In this document: piece by piece, positions 6,414 through 15,483 of the stretch
How the letters are laid out: each line of letters starts with the position of its first letter
How positions within the stretch are numbered: position 1 is the first letter of the stretch
IMG/VR virus record: IMGVR_UViG_3300008110_000439
Location: 1-51,557 of that record
Length of the DNA: 51,557 nt
Source: a virus
Lineage: Duplodnaviria > Caudoviricetes
Strand: one strand, 5' to 3'
Program-made: the position numbers and the translations under genes
The notes under the pieces: model-generated
Told to the model about the DNA's origin: nothing
Databases searched by the model: none
Seen by the model: only the letters and a program-made list of their open reading frames with translations

Positions 6414-8954
6414 CTACTCAAGCTGCCAGCGCACTTGGTCGCGACGGACAGCGCGAACTAGACGACCAACGCCGTAGTCGTTGACCAGGCGTTCGAGCAT
6501 CTGCCTGGCCTCGCCTCCGCTGTTGGCCCACTTCTTCAGCACGAGGTCGCGATGGGTGACGGTGCCGGTCCCGTTGTCCTCGGCTAGGCGGACGATCTTG
6601 ACGACCCAATGGGGGAGATCGCCGCCACCCACCTGAGGAGCTAGCACGTCGAACTGGCAGATGAAGAAGCGGCAGAGCACCACGGCCCGTTCCATTACGT
6701 CCTTGGTGATCAACTCGCCCATGGCGTGCTCCGGGGCCTCTGCGGCGTAGTCAAGGGCGTGGAGCAGGCCAGCAGTACGCGCCAGGTAACCGCGCATCTT
6801 GCCGAGGAAGGCGGAGCGGCTGGCATAGGTGAGGTCGGCCTCAACGCTCCACTCGTCGCAGACCTGAGCAAAGAGCTCCCATGCCTCAGGATCCAGCCTC
6901 ACCACCTTGTGACGCCCAATAGAGGTGTCGAGCTCGTGAATTAGCTCGTGCAGCTCCTTCGTGATCTCAGCCTCGTTGAGGTTCTGCTTAGGAAAGACGT
7001 ATTCGGGGACGATCCAGAGGAAACGGGCCCAGAAGCCATCACCTGATTTGGCTGTGGCGTCATCACCGTGGAGCAGATCGGTGAGCTTGTCCTGCTGGAT
7101 GGCACCGAAGACGTTTACGGCAGTGCGGTCCACCATGATCGGGTCGCAGCCCTTGCGGACGATGTTGATCGAGCCGCCACTCCACATGCTGAGCCAGTGG
7201 GCCCGGTCACTATTGTTGCTGCGGTACTTGTCCATGTCACCGATGAACGCCGCAAGCTCGTCGTGGAAGCTGACGACGCCATGAACGTCCTCGCGCTCGA
7301 GAAGGGTGCAGAGGCCCTCAAGGGTGGCGTCTATCACGACACGTTGTCTAGGTAGGGCTGGGGGTTCTTCCCGGTCCTCCCTAGGCAGTGCTTTGTAGCG
7401 CATAAGGTCGCGCTTGTAAGCGCGTTGGTCTTGCCCGTCGAGAGTAAACAGGGGACCAAGAAACTGGTTGGCCACAGGTGTCTTTAGGGATGAGGCGGGA
7501 GCTACGGTGCCCATCCAAAAGACCAGTGGTTCGCGCCACCCCTCTTTGATCTGAACGCGAAAGCGCTTGCCCATCACTGCGCACATGGTGGTGATGAACG
7601 GTGCAATTAGCGCAGTATGGGCTACGGGGAAAGCATCAGCTCGGCCGCCTAAGAGGTCTGCGATACGTGGGTGGAATACAGATTGCAATTTGAGTTGAGT
7701 TGCGGCCGACTTAGACCACTGCTTAAAGCTGGTCTGGCGCAATTCTCTCAGTAGTTCGTCATCTTCGCTATTGCGCTGCTCCTTACGGATTTCGCGCAGA
7801 ACTGGCCATGGACGAGGCCAGCCGTTGTACTCAGCTGTATCGAAAACGTGGTAGATGCGCTTGTACGGAACACCTTGACGCTCATCGCTGCTTCGGCGGA
7901 TGGCCTCAGCTTGTTGTTCGAGGTTCCAGTGCTCGGTGGACCAGTTCGCGTTTACAGCAATGCTTATGGCTTGGTCTGCACCAAATTCATTAACTAGCGC
8001 TGCATAGATGCTGAAGGCGGCGCCATAGGTGTTGGTGCCTGGCTCAAGACGCTGAGGGCAGTAGGTAAGAGCAGTTATACAGAGCCGCACCTTTTCTTCG
8101 TGCGTGAGGCTGCTGTAGTGGGGGCCATTGGGCTTGTACTCGCTGTCGTAGGCCTCTTGGCTTTTGACGAAGGCGGCATAGGCCTTGGCATCAATGTCTC
8201 GATCAGGGAACTCAACAGCTTGCTGAGGAGCTGCAGTCTTAGGGAGTGCTTTGCCGAGCTGCTGACGAGCTGCGTTGCTAAGGAGGCCGCGCTTGCCTTC
8301 AGCAGTACGCAGGCTCAAGCCGGCTGCATCGCCGAGATGCTGCTCAGGGGGATCCGTCAGTGCAACCAGTTGACTTAGAGGGAAGCGCTCGCCGGTGGCA
8401 CTGATCACGCGGCTTAATTCGCCGGTTTCGGGATGCTTACCACCGGCCAGGCGCATGACACGAGCAGGATTGCAGAGTTTGGTGTCAATCTCTACGCCGG
8501 TAACGGTGCGCTTGACGTGGGCGAAGAGGCGCTTTTGAGCTTGGCGGAACTCGACGCCACTGCAGGGCTGGTCAAGGATCCAATAGTTGTGGACGGACTT
8601 TCCGCCTGTCCACATCTGCAGAGAGGGGTGGGGGAGACCAGCCTCTACCCATTGCTGCTTCTTTTCGTCGAGGTTGCTGAGGGGATTGTCGTCCTCGTAG
8701 AAAAGGGCGCGGCAGTAGGTGATCTCACTGTTCTTAGTTCCGCCCCAGTTTGGGATGTAGCCAAAGCCGTAGCCAGGACGTGCGGCAAGTTCCCGCTCGA
8801 TCCGTGCTTTGTCGAGGACCCCTTCAACGTCGATGTGGTGGCAGGGCAAGTCCTCTCCCTTTTTCTTTGGGGGGAAGAGGGCGATGAAGTAGCCCTCTTC
8901 GGCTGTGATGCCCAAGTGACTTAGCTGCTCTTCGACTTGGGTCCAATCCACCAT
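6414..8954 (-). CDS. RepB-like DNA primase fused to a DUF3987 (YfjI-like) P-loop domain; start uncertain (8954-9056)
   Basis: FYEDD, TGGKSVHNYW, NPARVMRLAG (RepB primase); APASSLKTP, DATLEGL, HDELAAF, GAIQ, GDGFWARFL (DUF3987). Confidence 0.8.
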   Translation of the reverse strand: MVDWTQVEEQLSHLGITAEEGYFIALFPPKKKGEDLPCHHIDVEGVLDKARIERELAARPGYGFGYIPNWGGTKNSEITYCRALFYEDDNPLSNLDEKKQQWVEAGLPHPSLQMWTGGKSVHNYWILDQPCSGVEFRQAQKRLFAHVKRTVTGVEIDTKLCNPARVMRLAGGKHPETGELSRVISATGERFPLSQLVALTDPPEQHLGDAAGLSLRTAEGKRGLLSNAARQQLGKALPKTAAPQQAVEFPDRDIDAKAYAAFVKSQEAYDSEYKPNGPHYSSLTHEEKVRLCITALTYCPQRLEPGTNTYGAAFSIYAALVNEFGADQAISIAVNANWSTEHWNLEQQAEAIRRSSDERQGVPYKRIYHVFDTAEYNGWPRPWPVLREIRKEQRNSEDDELLRELRQTSFKQWSKSAATQLKLQSVFHPRIADLLGGRADAFPVAHTALIAPFITTMCAVMGKRFRVQIKEGWREPLVFWMGTVAPASSLKTPVANQFLGPLFTLDGQDQRAYKRDLMRYKALPREDREEPPALPRQRVVIDATLEGLCTLLEREDVHGVVSFHDELAAFIGDMDKYRSNNSDRAHWLSMWSGGSINIVRKGCDPIMVDRTAVNVFGAIQQDKLTDLLHGDDATAKSGDGFWARFLWIVPEYVFPKQNLNEAEITKELHELIHELDTSIGRHKVVRLDPEAWELFAQVCDEWSVEADLTYASRSAFLGKMRGYLARTAGLLHALDYAAEAPEHAMGELITKDVMERAVVLCRFFICQFDVLAPQVGGGDLPHWVVKIVRLAEDNGTGTVTHRDLVLKKWANSGGEARQMLERLVNDYGVGRLVRAVRRDQVRWQLE

Positions 8955-9036
8955 GACCGGCTCGTGGGGTCCAAACACCATAACGGGAGTTGCCACGACT
9001 CGCAATGGGCTGTAGGATCGGTCCGTTCCGCTGGAT

Positions 9037-9846
9037 TTGCCGGTGTCATCCGCCAAGAGAGCCAGGATCCAGGCTTACCTGGAGCCAGAGCTAGCTGAAA
9101 TCATTCGTAAGCGTGCTGAGGAGGAGGATCGCCCCGAAAGCCGCGAGGTCACCAGGCTGGTACGCCTTGGTCTCGAGGCCGACGCTAAGAATTACGTCTT
9201 AGGCGGCAAGGCGTTTCGCACCAAGGCGGACATCCAGGCGCATGTACGGGCAGTGCGTGACGCAGCCGAGCTTGGTGAACGTATTACTGATCTTGTGGTG
9301 CTCGAGCTACTGGCACTCCACCCTGAGTGGGAGGAGAAGACAGCGGGCGGCGGATGGGTTGGCGCAGCGTTAATTAGTCATCCCGCCAAGAGGAAAGCCA
9401 CTAAGGAGATTGCGATCCTGTTTACAGGGGAGCAACGGGTGGTGGACATCAGCTGGACTAAGTTGCTGCCGTTTCTGCAGAAGGGCGTTAATGCCCCTAT
9501 TGCCGTGTGGGATTCACGTTTAAGTGAATTGCGCTTGGCTGCTAGGCAGGAAGTTGAGGCGCAGATACAGCCTCTGCGCAAGCCGGGGTGCGCTGTCGAT
9601 CACGTGTATCCACTCACCTTCGAGCAGTTGCTATACGACTGGCTCAGTGGAGAGGCCTTGAGGGTGGATGATGTGCCGCTGCGTGATGGTGTTGGTCAGG
9701 ACACCAGCCGCCATTTCTTAAAGCCCGAACAAGCTGAGTCTTGGCGGGATTACCACAGGCTCCATGCGCTACTCGACGTTATTTCTTACGAAGAGCACGC
9801 AAAGCGCACGGGCCGCGCTCACATCGATTGGACACCTTTTCTTTAA
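9037..9846 (+). CDS. RHH-like N-terminus fused to a DCL/DUF3223-like protein
   Basis: RIQAYL...AEE..R..S..V.RLV (ribbon-helix-helix); FRTK...LL.LHPEW.EK...DISW.K (DCL-like); VDHVYP.TF...W.DYH...S.EEH. Confidence 0.55.
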   Translation: MPVSSAKRARIQAYLEPELAEIIRKRAEEEDRPESREVTRLVRLGLEADAKNYVLGGKAFRTKADIQAHVRAVRDAAELGERITDLVVLELLALHPEWEEKTAGGGWVGAALISHPAKRKATKEIAILFTGEQRVVDISWTKLLPFLQKGVNAPIAVWDSRLSELRLAARQEVEAQIQPLRKPGCAVDHVYPLTFEQLLYDWLSGEALRVDDVPLRDGVGQDTSRHFLKPEQAESWRDYHRLHALLDVISYEEHAKRTGRAHIDWTPFL

Positions 9847-9851
9847 AACTC

Positions 9852-11702
9852 ATGGACGTACTTTTTGGTATTGAGCACATTAACTGTTTGGATAGAGCAG
9901 AGGTAGTTGCATTCGACGTTGAGACCACTGGTCTAGTTCCCGTGGTAGGGGGTCTAAGGCTTTTGCAACTCACTGCTGCCGACAAGCCGGTGGTGGTTTT
10001 GGATATGTGGGAGTTAGTTAAAGAAGAGTGGGAGAGCCTGCGTAAGTGGTGCTTAGAGCGGGAGCGTGTGTGGGTTGCGCACAACGCGGTGTTCGACTTG
10101 GGGTGGTTACAGGAGCACCGCATCGAGCTGAATGGTGCTGTTCATTGCACCATGCTTGCTTCGCGGCTTACCTCTAATGGGACCCCAAACCTGCGTCACG
10201 GTCTAGCTCCAGTGCTGGAACGCCACATGGGTTTGACTATTAGTAAGGAAGAGCAACGATCAGACTGGAGCGCACCGTTGCTTAGCGAGTCGCAGCTTAC
10301 CTATGCAGCACGCGATGTTTATGAGCTAATTAGGCTGTACCCGCTGCTTATGAAGAAGCTTGAGAAGGGGAAGTTGTTGCGCGCTTTTGATATGGAGTGT
10401 GCCGCGCTGCCCGTACTCGCTCATATGCAGAGGAGCGGGCTGCCGTTTAGTAGGCAAAAGCTTGAAGAGCTTCAGGCTTATTACGAGGAGCGGATTGAGA
10501 CGCTGGGCAAAGACTTTGTTGAGCAGCTTGATTCCGCTCTGCCTGAAGAAGGGAAGTTGCCACGCGATCCTGATGGTACCTTTAACTTAAGGGCTAAGGC
10601 GGAAGGTAGTATTCGGGCTGGCACTAAAGTTGCAGCGGGGTTTAACCTCAACTCGCCTAAGCAGTTGGTTGATAAGTTTACGCTTTTATTAGGTGAGGCG
10701 CCATTAGATGAGAAGACGGGCAAGAAGAGTGTTTCTGTTAGTGCTCTTAGGGCTTACGCAGCCGATCATGTCGTTGTGCAGACGTACCTGGGCTGGAAGA
10801 AAGCAGAAAAGCGGAGGCAGATGGTAGTAGCACTTATGGAGCATCAACATGCAGATGGTTTTATTCGTGCTAGCTACATGCAGTTGGGTGCTGATACTGG
10901 CAGGATGTCTTGCCGTAACCCGAACCTTCAGCAAGTACCGAGAGACAAAGGTTTTAGGGCTGCAGCTGAGGCGCCCGAGGGATGGTCTTTTGTTGTCGCT
11001 GACTTTGGTCAGATGGAGTTACGTCTGGCCGCTGCGGTATCTATGGATAAGCGGATGATCGCGGCATTTAAGGACGGGGAGGATCTCCACACAATTACAG
11101 CTGCGGCTATTTATCCAGAAGCCACAGAAGATCCCGCTGAGATGAAGTTGCGCAGACAGGTTGCTAAGTCGGCAAACTTTGGTTTGTTGTACGGCTCAGG
11201 TGCAAAAGGCTTGCGTGCTTACGCGGGTGCTATGGGTATAACAATGACTTTGGATGAAGCGGATGCAATTCGCAGCACATTCCGCAATACTTACTGTGGG
11301 ATTGCTGATTGGCAGAGCCTAAATGCGGACGAGGCAAATCGCACCTACGGTGATAAATGGGCTGAGGTAAGGGTTCCTGGTAGTGAGCTTCGGCGGTATT
11401 TGCCAGGAGAGCTCAACCGCCTGACCACGCGGTGTAACACACCGATTCAAGGGGCTGGTGCTGCTGTGCTGAAAGTTGCCCTGGCTGAGTTGTGGCCCCA
11501 CTTGCGTCAAGCGGGTGAAGACACAGTGCAATTAGCAGCTGTAATCCATGATGAGGTGGTCCTATTAGTACGCGAGGGGCTGGAAGAACAATGGGCCAAG
11601 CTACTTAGTGGTGTGATGGAGAAGGCCGAAGCCAAATGGCTGGGCGATATTCCGCCCTTAGCTGAGGCGGCTTGGGGTAAGACGTGGGCCGACGCTAAGT
11701 AG
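9852..11702 (+). CDS. polA: DNA polymerase family A with 3'-5' exonuclease
   Basis: ExoI FDVETTG, ExoII HNAVFD, ExoIII YAARD; TGRMSCRNPNLQQ; motif A DFGQMELR; motif B KSANFGLLYG; motif C HDE. Confidence 0.95.
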   Translation: MDVLFGIEHINCLDRAEVVAFDVETTGLVPVVGGLRLLQLTAADKPVVVLDMWELVKEEWESLRKWCLERERVWVAHNAVFDLGWLQEHRIELNGAVHCTMLASRLTSNGTPNLRHGLAPVLERHMGLTISKEEQRSDWSAPLLSESQLTYAARDVYELIRLYPLLMKKLEKGKLLRAFDMECAALPVLAHMQRSGLPFSRQKLEELQAYYEERIETLGKDFVEQLDSALPEEGKLPRDPDGTFNLRAKAEGSIRAGTKVAAGFNLNSPKQLVDKFTLLLGEAPLDEKTGKKSVSVSALRAYAADHVVVQTYLGWKKAEKRRQMVVALMEHQHADGFIRASYMQLGADTGRMSCRNPNLQQVPRDKGFRAAAEAPEGWSFVVADFGQMELRLAAAVSMDKRMIAAFKDGEDLHTITAAAIYPEATEDPAEMKLRRQVAKSANFGLLYGSGAKGLRAYAGAMGITMTLDEADAIRSTFRNTYCGIADWQSLNADEANRTYGDKWAEVRVPGSELRRYLPGELNRLTTRCNTPIQGAGAAVLKVALAELWPHLRQAGEDTVQLAAVIHDEVVLLVREGLEEQWAKLLSGVMEKAEAKWLGDIPPLAEAAWGKTWADAK

Positions 11703-11740
11703 CGCTGCTGTGTTGGTGTCCCTTATGGTGACGCAACTTA

Positions 11741-11956
11741 GTGGCGCAGGTTGTGGGTCTTACGGGTAGGCAGCTTGTGGTGTCGTGGTTACACGAAGAG
11801 ATCAAGCAGGCCACCACGGCAGACCTGCAGCGAGCAGCACAGTTCCTTGAGTGGGCTAGAGACGTGCGTAAGGGATGCGCTAAGCAGCGGGGTAAGGCGC
11901 GGCGCAGTCAGGCTGAGGGGTGGCGTAAGTACGTTGACTCCTCGGTTACTTGGTAA
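11741..11956 (+). CDS. hypothetical protein
   Basis: 71-aa ORF following polA. Confidence 0.6.
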   Translation: MAQVVGLTGRQLVVSWLHEEIKQATTADLQRAAQFLEWARDVRKGCAKQRGKARRSQAEGWRKYVDSSVTW

Positions 11957-11973
11957 ATCGCGCCACCGGGTCC

Positions 11974-12002
11974 TTGGCAGCATCTCCACATAGTGCTACA
12001 CT
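11974..12002 (+). promoter_or_regulatory. putative sigma70-type promoter
   Basis: TTGGCA-17 bp-TACACT; shares TAGTGCTACA with the promoter at 3290. Confidence 0.5.
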
Positions 12003-12026
12003 GTTAGGGCACATCCGAGGGAACCT

Positions 12027-12272
12027 ATGTTCCACGGCCAGAAGCGCTACTACCAAGTCCTGCTAGATCCAGCACGAGCTGAACTACTCGATGCCTTAGC
12101 GGAGGATCGGGGGATGCGCCCCTCGGCACTACTTCGCAAGATCGCCTACGAGGCCCTTGAGCAGGCCTTTCCACCGTCGCTGTACGCCTTAGCTACAACA
12201 CAAGATGAGGCGTCTCGGTTGACATCGATCCGCAACCAAGTAGAAGGTAGACGTAAGCCTAAGTCGCAATGA
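12027..12272 (+). CDS. ribbon-helix-helix DNA-binding protein (putative)
   Basis: YYQVLLD...LDALAE..GM.PSALLR.I. Confidence 0.65.
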   Translation: MFHGQKRYYQVLLDPARAELLDALAEDRGMRPSALLRKIAYEALEQAFPPSLYALATTQDEASRLTSIRNQVEGRRKPKSQ

Positions 12273-12358
12273 CTGTTTACCAACTCCTGGAATTCCTGCT
12301 TATGTACATGGTGCTATGCAGTGTAGCACTAATTATTGCATCTAAAGTTTTACCTTGA
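12269..12358 (+). CDS. 29-aa membrane micropeptide, copy 1
   Basis: MTVYQLLEFLLMYMVLCSVALIIASKVLP; ATGA/TGATG coupling at both ends; paralogue at 15710. Confidence 0.7.
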   Translation: MTVYQLLEFLLMYMVLCSVALIIASKVLP

Positions 12359-12636
12359 TGGCCTATTTTAAAAGCTCCCTTAGTGAAAAGGACTTCTATT
12401 TGTCCTTAGCTAATCGGCCTCGCAAGGCCGGTGTAAGCAGTGCATTTAGAGGTGTTTCTCGCATTTCACGCTCTCCCGACAAATGGAGGGCAGGTCTGAC
12501 TTACAAGGGCCGGCGCTATTACTTGGGGTCCCACGACACCGAGATAGAAGCTGCTAAGGCTTACAACAAAGCTGCCCTAGCCATTATCGGCGACCACGCT
12601 GTAATTAACCCCTTACCTGAACCTGCCGATGCCTGA
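12358..12636 (+). CDS. stand-alone AP2-domain DNA-binding protein
   Basis: SSAFRGVS...KWRA.L...GRRYYLGSH.TE.EAAKAYNKAA. Confidence 0.85.
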   Translation: MAYFKSSLSEKDFYLSLANRPRKAGVSSAFRGVSRISRSPDKWRAGLTYKGRRYYLGSHDTEIEAAKAYNKAALAIIGDHAVINPLPEPADA

Positions 12637-12865
12637 TCAACAAACATTAAATGAACAGCCAGCCGAAACGTTTATAACGGGGTACCTCGTCTATCAAGTT
12701 GGTTGTATCGAATGCGGAGTTAGTTCTTACCCGATAAAAGTTTGTGCAACTATCGAAGAAGCAGAGCAAGTAAAAAAGTCTCACCCAAACACGTGGGACA
12801 CAGAAGGCGGCGATGGTTACGTCACTATTATCAATCTTCAAACTTGCACAACAGAATACAAATGA
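12629..12865 (+). CDS. hypothetical protein (CxxC)
   Basis: 78-aa ORF, GCIECGVSS, overlaps neighbours. Confidence 0.65.
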   Translation: MPDQQTLNEQPAETFITGYLVYQVGCIECGVSSYPIKVCATIEEAEQVKKSHPNTWDTEGGDGYVTIINLQTCTTEYK

Positions 12866-13584
12866 CCACTTACAAGGCAACAAGTGATCAGTGGGCGTAC
12901 CAGGACCACTGGGCTAAGGAGGACGGGGATGCTGCCTGCTTACTTGAGTTGCGTTCCAGGGTCGAACAACTGGAAGCCAACACCAAGCAGTGGCGCACAG
13001 ATCACCTCCGCCTCGCCAACACATGCGCCTCGCTGGCCCCAGATCGCCTGAGCTTCTTTGACGCCCTGCTGCCAGACGACGAGGACTCCCAGCCAACTCC
13101 TAATTCACTCCCAATTAGGAGTTCGCTAGTGGAGCGGGTACACAGCTGCATCGTTGGCGAACCGGAATGCATCCTCGAGCTTCGCGCCAGGGTGGAGACG
13201 TTGGAAGGTGCTGCTCACAAGCACATCGTTGAAACCAGCGCCAACATTTTGGCCTTGGCCAGTCGGGTCGAGTCGCTGGAAGCTGCCGAGCGCCCAGCAT
13301 CAAAGGTCTATGAAATCAGCAAGCCGCTGAAACTCACTGCAAAGCAGCAAAAAGAGTTAAACGCACTGCTGCAACCCAACTCCAAGCCAACTCCTAATCC
13401 AAGCCAAATTAGGAGTTCGCTGGTGGAGCGGGTGCAAGCGGCGATCAATGACGTGGAGTTTCCTCATAGCAACGATGAGGCCCGCGCCGCGATCCACGAG
13501 GTGGCGATGTGGATGACCAGCAACCCCGATGTGTATTTTCCGCCTGCGCTTGTCTTTGCGCTTGAGCAGGAGGCCGAGCGATGA
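12862..13584 (+). CDS. modular repeat protein, hypothetical
   Basis: Start coupled to the upstream stop (ATGA); repeats (C)LLELRSRVE.LE x3 and S.PTPN...IRSSLVERV x2. Confidence 0.7.
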   Translation: MTTYKATSDQWAYQDHWAKEDGDAACLLELRSRVEQLEANTKQWRTDHLRLANTCASLAPDRLSFFDALLPDDEDSQPTPNSLPIRSSLVERVHSCIVGEPECILELRARVETLEGAAHKHIVETSANILALASRVESLEAAERPASKVYEISKPLKLTAKQQKELNALLQPNSKPTPNPSQIRSSLVERVQAAINDVEFPHSNDEARAAIHEVAMWMTSNPDVYFPPALVFALEQEAER

Positions 13585-13796
13585 CCGACATCACCCGCTA
13601 CAAGCTCGACGCTGCGTTCGCATCCCTGCGCACGTTCGACCACCTCGCCAAGCCCGATGACTTCATCGAAGTGTCGCTATGGCACAACGGTGAAGGCTTT
13701 GATGCTCACCTGAGCAGTCATGCCGAACAGTGCATCAGGCTCTCGTGGGGAGAGTTCAAGGCCCTGAAGAAACTTGTTAAGGAGCTGGATCAGTGA
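13581..13796 (+). CDS. hypothetical protein
   Basis: 71 aa, FIEVSLWHNGEGFD, ATGA-coupled. Confidence 0.7.
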   Translation: MTDITRYKLDAAFASLRTFDHLAKPDDFIEVSLWHNGEGFDAHLSSHAEQCIRLSWGEFKALKKLVKELDQ

Positions 13797-14068
13797 CACG
13801 CCTTATTTCCCCGCCCGCTGCAGTCATCCGCCAATGGGAAGCCGAATGGGACACCAACGGCGCCGCCCATTGCGACAAAGCCCTCTACATCGCCGCTAAG
13901 GCTGCAACCTGGAGCGCGAAGGCTGCCATTGAGTGCGCCCTGAAGGACACTGCCTCATGTCATTGGCGTGTTGCCGATGGCCCCGAAGATGGAGTGCAGC
14001 TTGTGCGAGCCAGTGATCTGGTGGCTTGGGCTGCTGCCATTGGCAAGCGTTACGAGGTTGAAGAATGA
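13793..14068 (+). CDS. hypothetical protein with PPxxVIxQW module
   Basis: ISPPAAVIRQW...IAAKAATW resembles the N-terminus of the next two paralogues. Confidence 0.65.
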   Translation: MTRLISPPAAVIRQWEAEWDTNGAAHCDKALYIAAKAATWSAKAAIECALKDTASCHWRVADGPEDGVQLVRASDLVAWAAAIGKRYEVEE

Positions 14069-14430
14069 CTGCCATCACCCCACCGCCGGAGCTGGTGCAG
14101 CAGTGGATGGAAGAGCTATACGGCGGTCCAGTTTCTGTGATTAGCCCGTTTGATCAACGCGTCCTTATAGCTGCCGCCCAATGGGGCGCGGACCAGCAAC
14201 TTGCAGAGGATGCAAAATGGCTGGATCACAATGCTCTAAATGAACCGCATCTGCGGATCACTCCAGTAGGTGAATCGTTAAAAGAAGCAATGCGCCCCAA
14301 GCCACCGAGCTTGAAGGAGCAGGTGCAACAGGCGTTGGGCCGGTTCAACGCCAATGCTCATACAAGTGCTGACGAAATGGTGAACGACTTCGGCACCATC
14401 CGCCGCGCCCTGGAGGCACTTCCCGAATGA
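14065..14430 (+). CDS. hypothetical protein, ITPPPELV family paralogue 1
   Basis: ITPPPELVQQW...AAQWGADQ...RPKPPSLKEQ...TIRRALEALPE. Confidence 0.75.
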   Translation: MTAITPPPELVQQWMEELYGGPVSVISPFDQRVLIAAAQWGADQQLAEDAKWLDHNALNEPHLRITPVGESLKEAMRPKPPSLKEQVQQALGRFNANAHTSADEMVNDFGTIRRALEALPE

Positions 14431-14519
14431 CTGAGTCGCTGGATAAGGTTGACTCCTTGCTGTGTCTGATCTTCTTCTTTGGTTTCCTTGTTGGCTTATT
14501 TGTAGGTAGCATCCGATGA
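14427..14519 (+). CDS. 30-aa membrane micropeptide
   Basis: MTESLDKVDSLLCLIFFFGFLVGLFVGSIR; ATGA-coupled at both ends. Confidence 0.65.
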   Translation: MTESLDKVDSLLCLIFFFGFLVGLFVGSIR

Positions 14520-14893
14520 CTGACCACCCGATCACTCCGCCGCCAGAGCTGGTGGGCGAGTGGCTGTGCGACGACGGCTACCCCTGGGATCCGTCTGAAC
14601 AGGTCACGATCACGATCACTACCAACCGACTACGCAATGTCGCCACCCAAGCCGCCCGCTGGGGGAGCGACCAGGAGCTGGAGGCGTGCGGCGCGTACCT
14701 AGAACGTTGTGCGCAATGGGAACCGGAGGACATTGACGAACTCCGCGCCGCCCGCCGCCCCAAGCCGCCGAGCCTGAAGGAGCAGGCGCTTGCTGCGCTT
14801 CCCAAAAGGCTTGACAACGGCTTTATGACAACAGTCAACGACGAGGAACTCGACACCATCCGCCTCGCCCTGGAGGCACTGCCCGATGACTGA
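14516..14893 (+). CDS. hypothetical protein, ITPPPELV family paralogue 2
   Basis: ITPPPELVGEW...AARWGSDQ...RPKPPSLKEQ...TIRLALEALPD. Confidence 0.75.
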   Translation: MTDHPITPPPELVGEWLCDDGYPWDPSEQVTITITTNRLRNVATQAARWGSDQELEACGAYLERCAQWEPEDIDELRAARRPKPPSLKEQALAALPKRLDNGFMTTVNDEELDTIRLALEALPDD

Positions 14894-15029
14894 TCAACAA
14901 CTGTTTCTCCTTTGCGGAACAATTGCTCTTTGCGCAGGTTCAATTGCAAATTCACTTGGCCTAGCAATTTTCGCAATTGCCTGCTTCCTTGCCTTTCTCG
15001 CTCTTTTGTATAAGCAGATCGTTGACTGA
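14886..15029 (+). CDS. 47-aa membrane peptide
   Basis: MTDQQLFLLCGTIALCAGSIANSLGLAIFAIACFLAFLALLYKQIVD fills the gap exactly. Confidence 0.6.
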   Translation: MTDQQLFLLCGTIALCAGSIANSLGLAIFAIACFLAFLALLYKQIVD

Positions 15030-15483
15030 CCTAACCCCCACCGATTTCCGAGCGCTGTGCGCTGAGCTGGTTGACAATCTGGAGCGCTATCAGTCCTGGT
15101 ACATCGAGGACAATGGCTACGGCATCGACGACCTTGAGGCCCTGCTGCGTCGCGCTGACGCCGCCCTGGCCCAGCCCGAGCCGCAGGGGCCGACGGATAA
15201 GGAGCTTGGCGAGACATATCGCGCTGCATATTACGCTTGTGAAAACCGTCAGGGTCCTGCCGCACAGGTATTTGGGCTGCGTGCCGTCCTTGCCCGCTGG
15301 GGTCGCCCCGCCATCGAGCCGGTGCCCGTCGCTGAGCGCCTGCCGGGACCGGGGGATTGCGATGCGGAGGGCTGGTGCTGGTGGTTTGACGGGTTCAATT
15401 GGATGCTCGGTAGGTTTGAAGAGTGGTACACCCACTGGCTCCCCCACCACGCGTTGCCCGTGCCGCAGCAGGAGGCTGAGTGA
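15022..15483 (+). CDS. hypothetical protein with C-terminal DUF551-like ERLP...THWLP module
   Basis: TDFRALCAEL...AALAQPEP.GPTD.EL...PV.ERLP...CWW...THWLP. Confidence 0.7.
   Translation: MTDLTPTDFRALCAELVDNLERYQSWYIEDNGYGIDDLEALLRRADAALAQPEPQGPTDKELGETYRAAYYACENRQGPAAQVFGLRAVLARWGRPAIEPVPVAERLPGPGDCDAEGWCWWFDGFNWMLGRFEEWYTHWLPHHALPVPQQEAE

Noticed and set aside
9852-11702. DpoZ / 2-aminoadenine (Z-genome) system
   Set aside because: No purZ, datZ or mazZ-like gene recognised in the window
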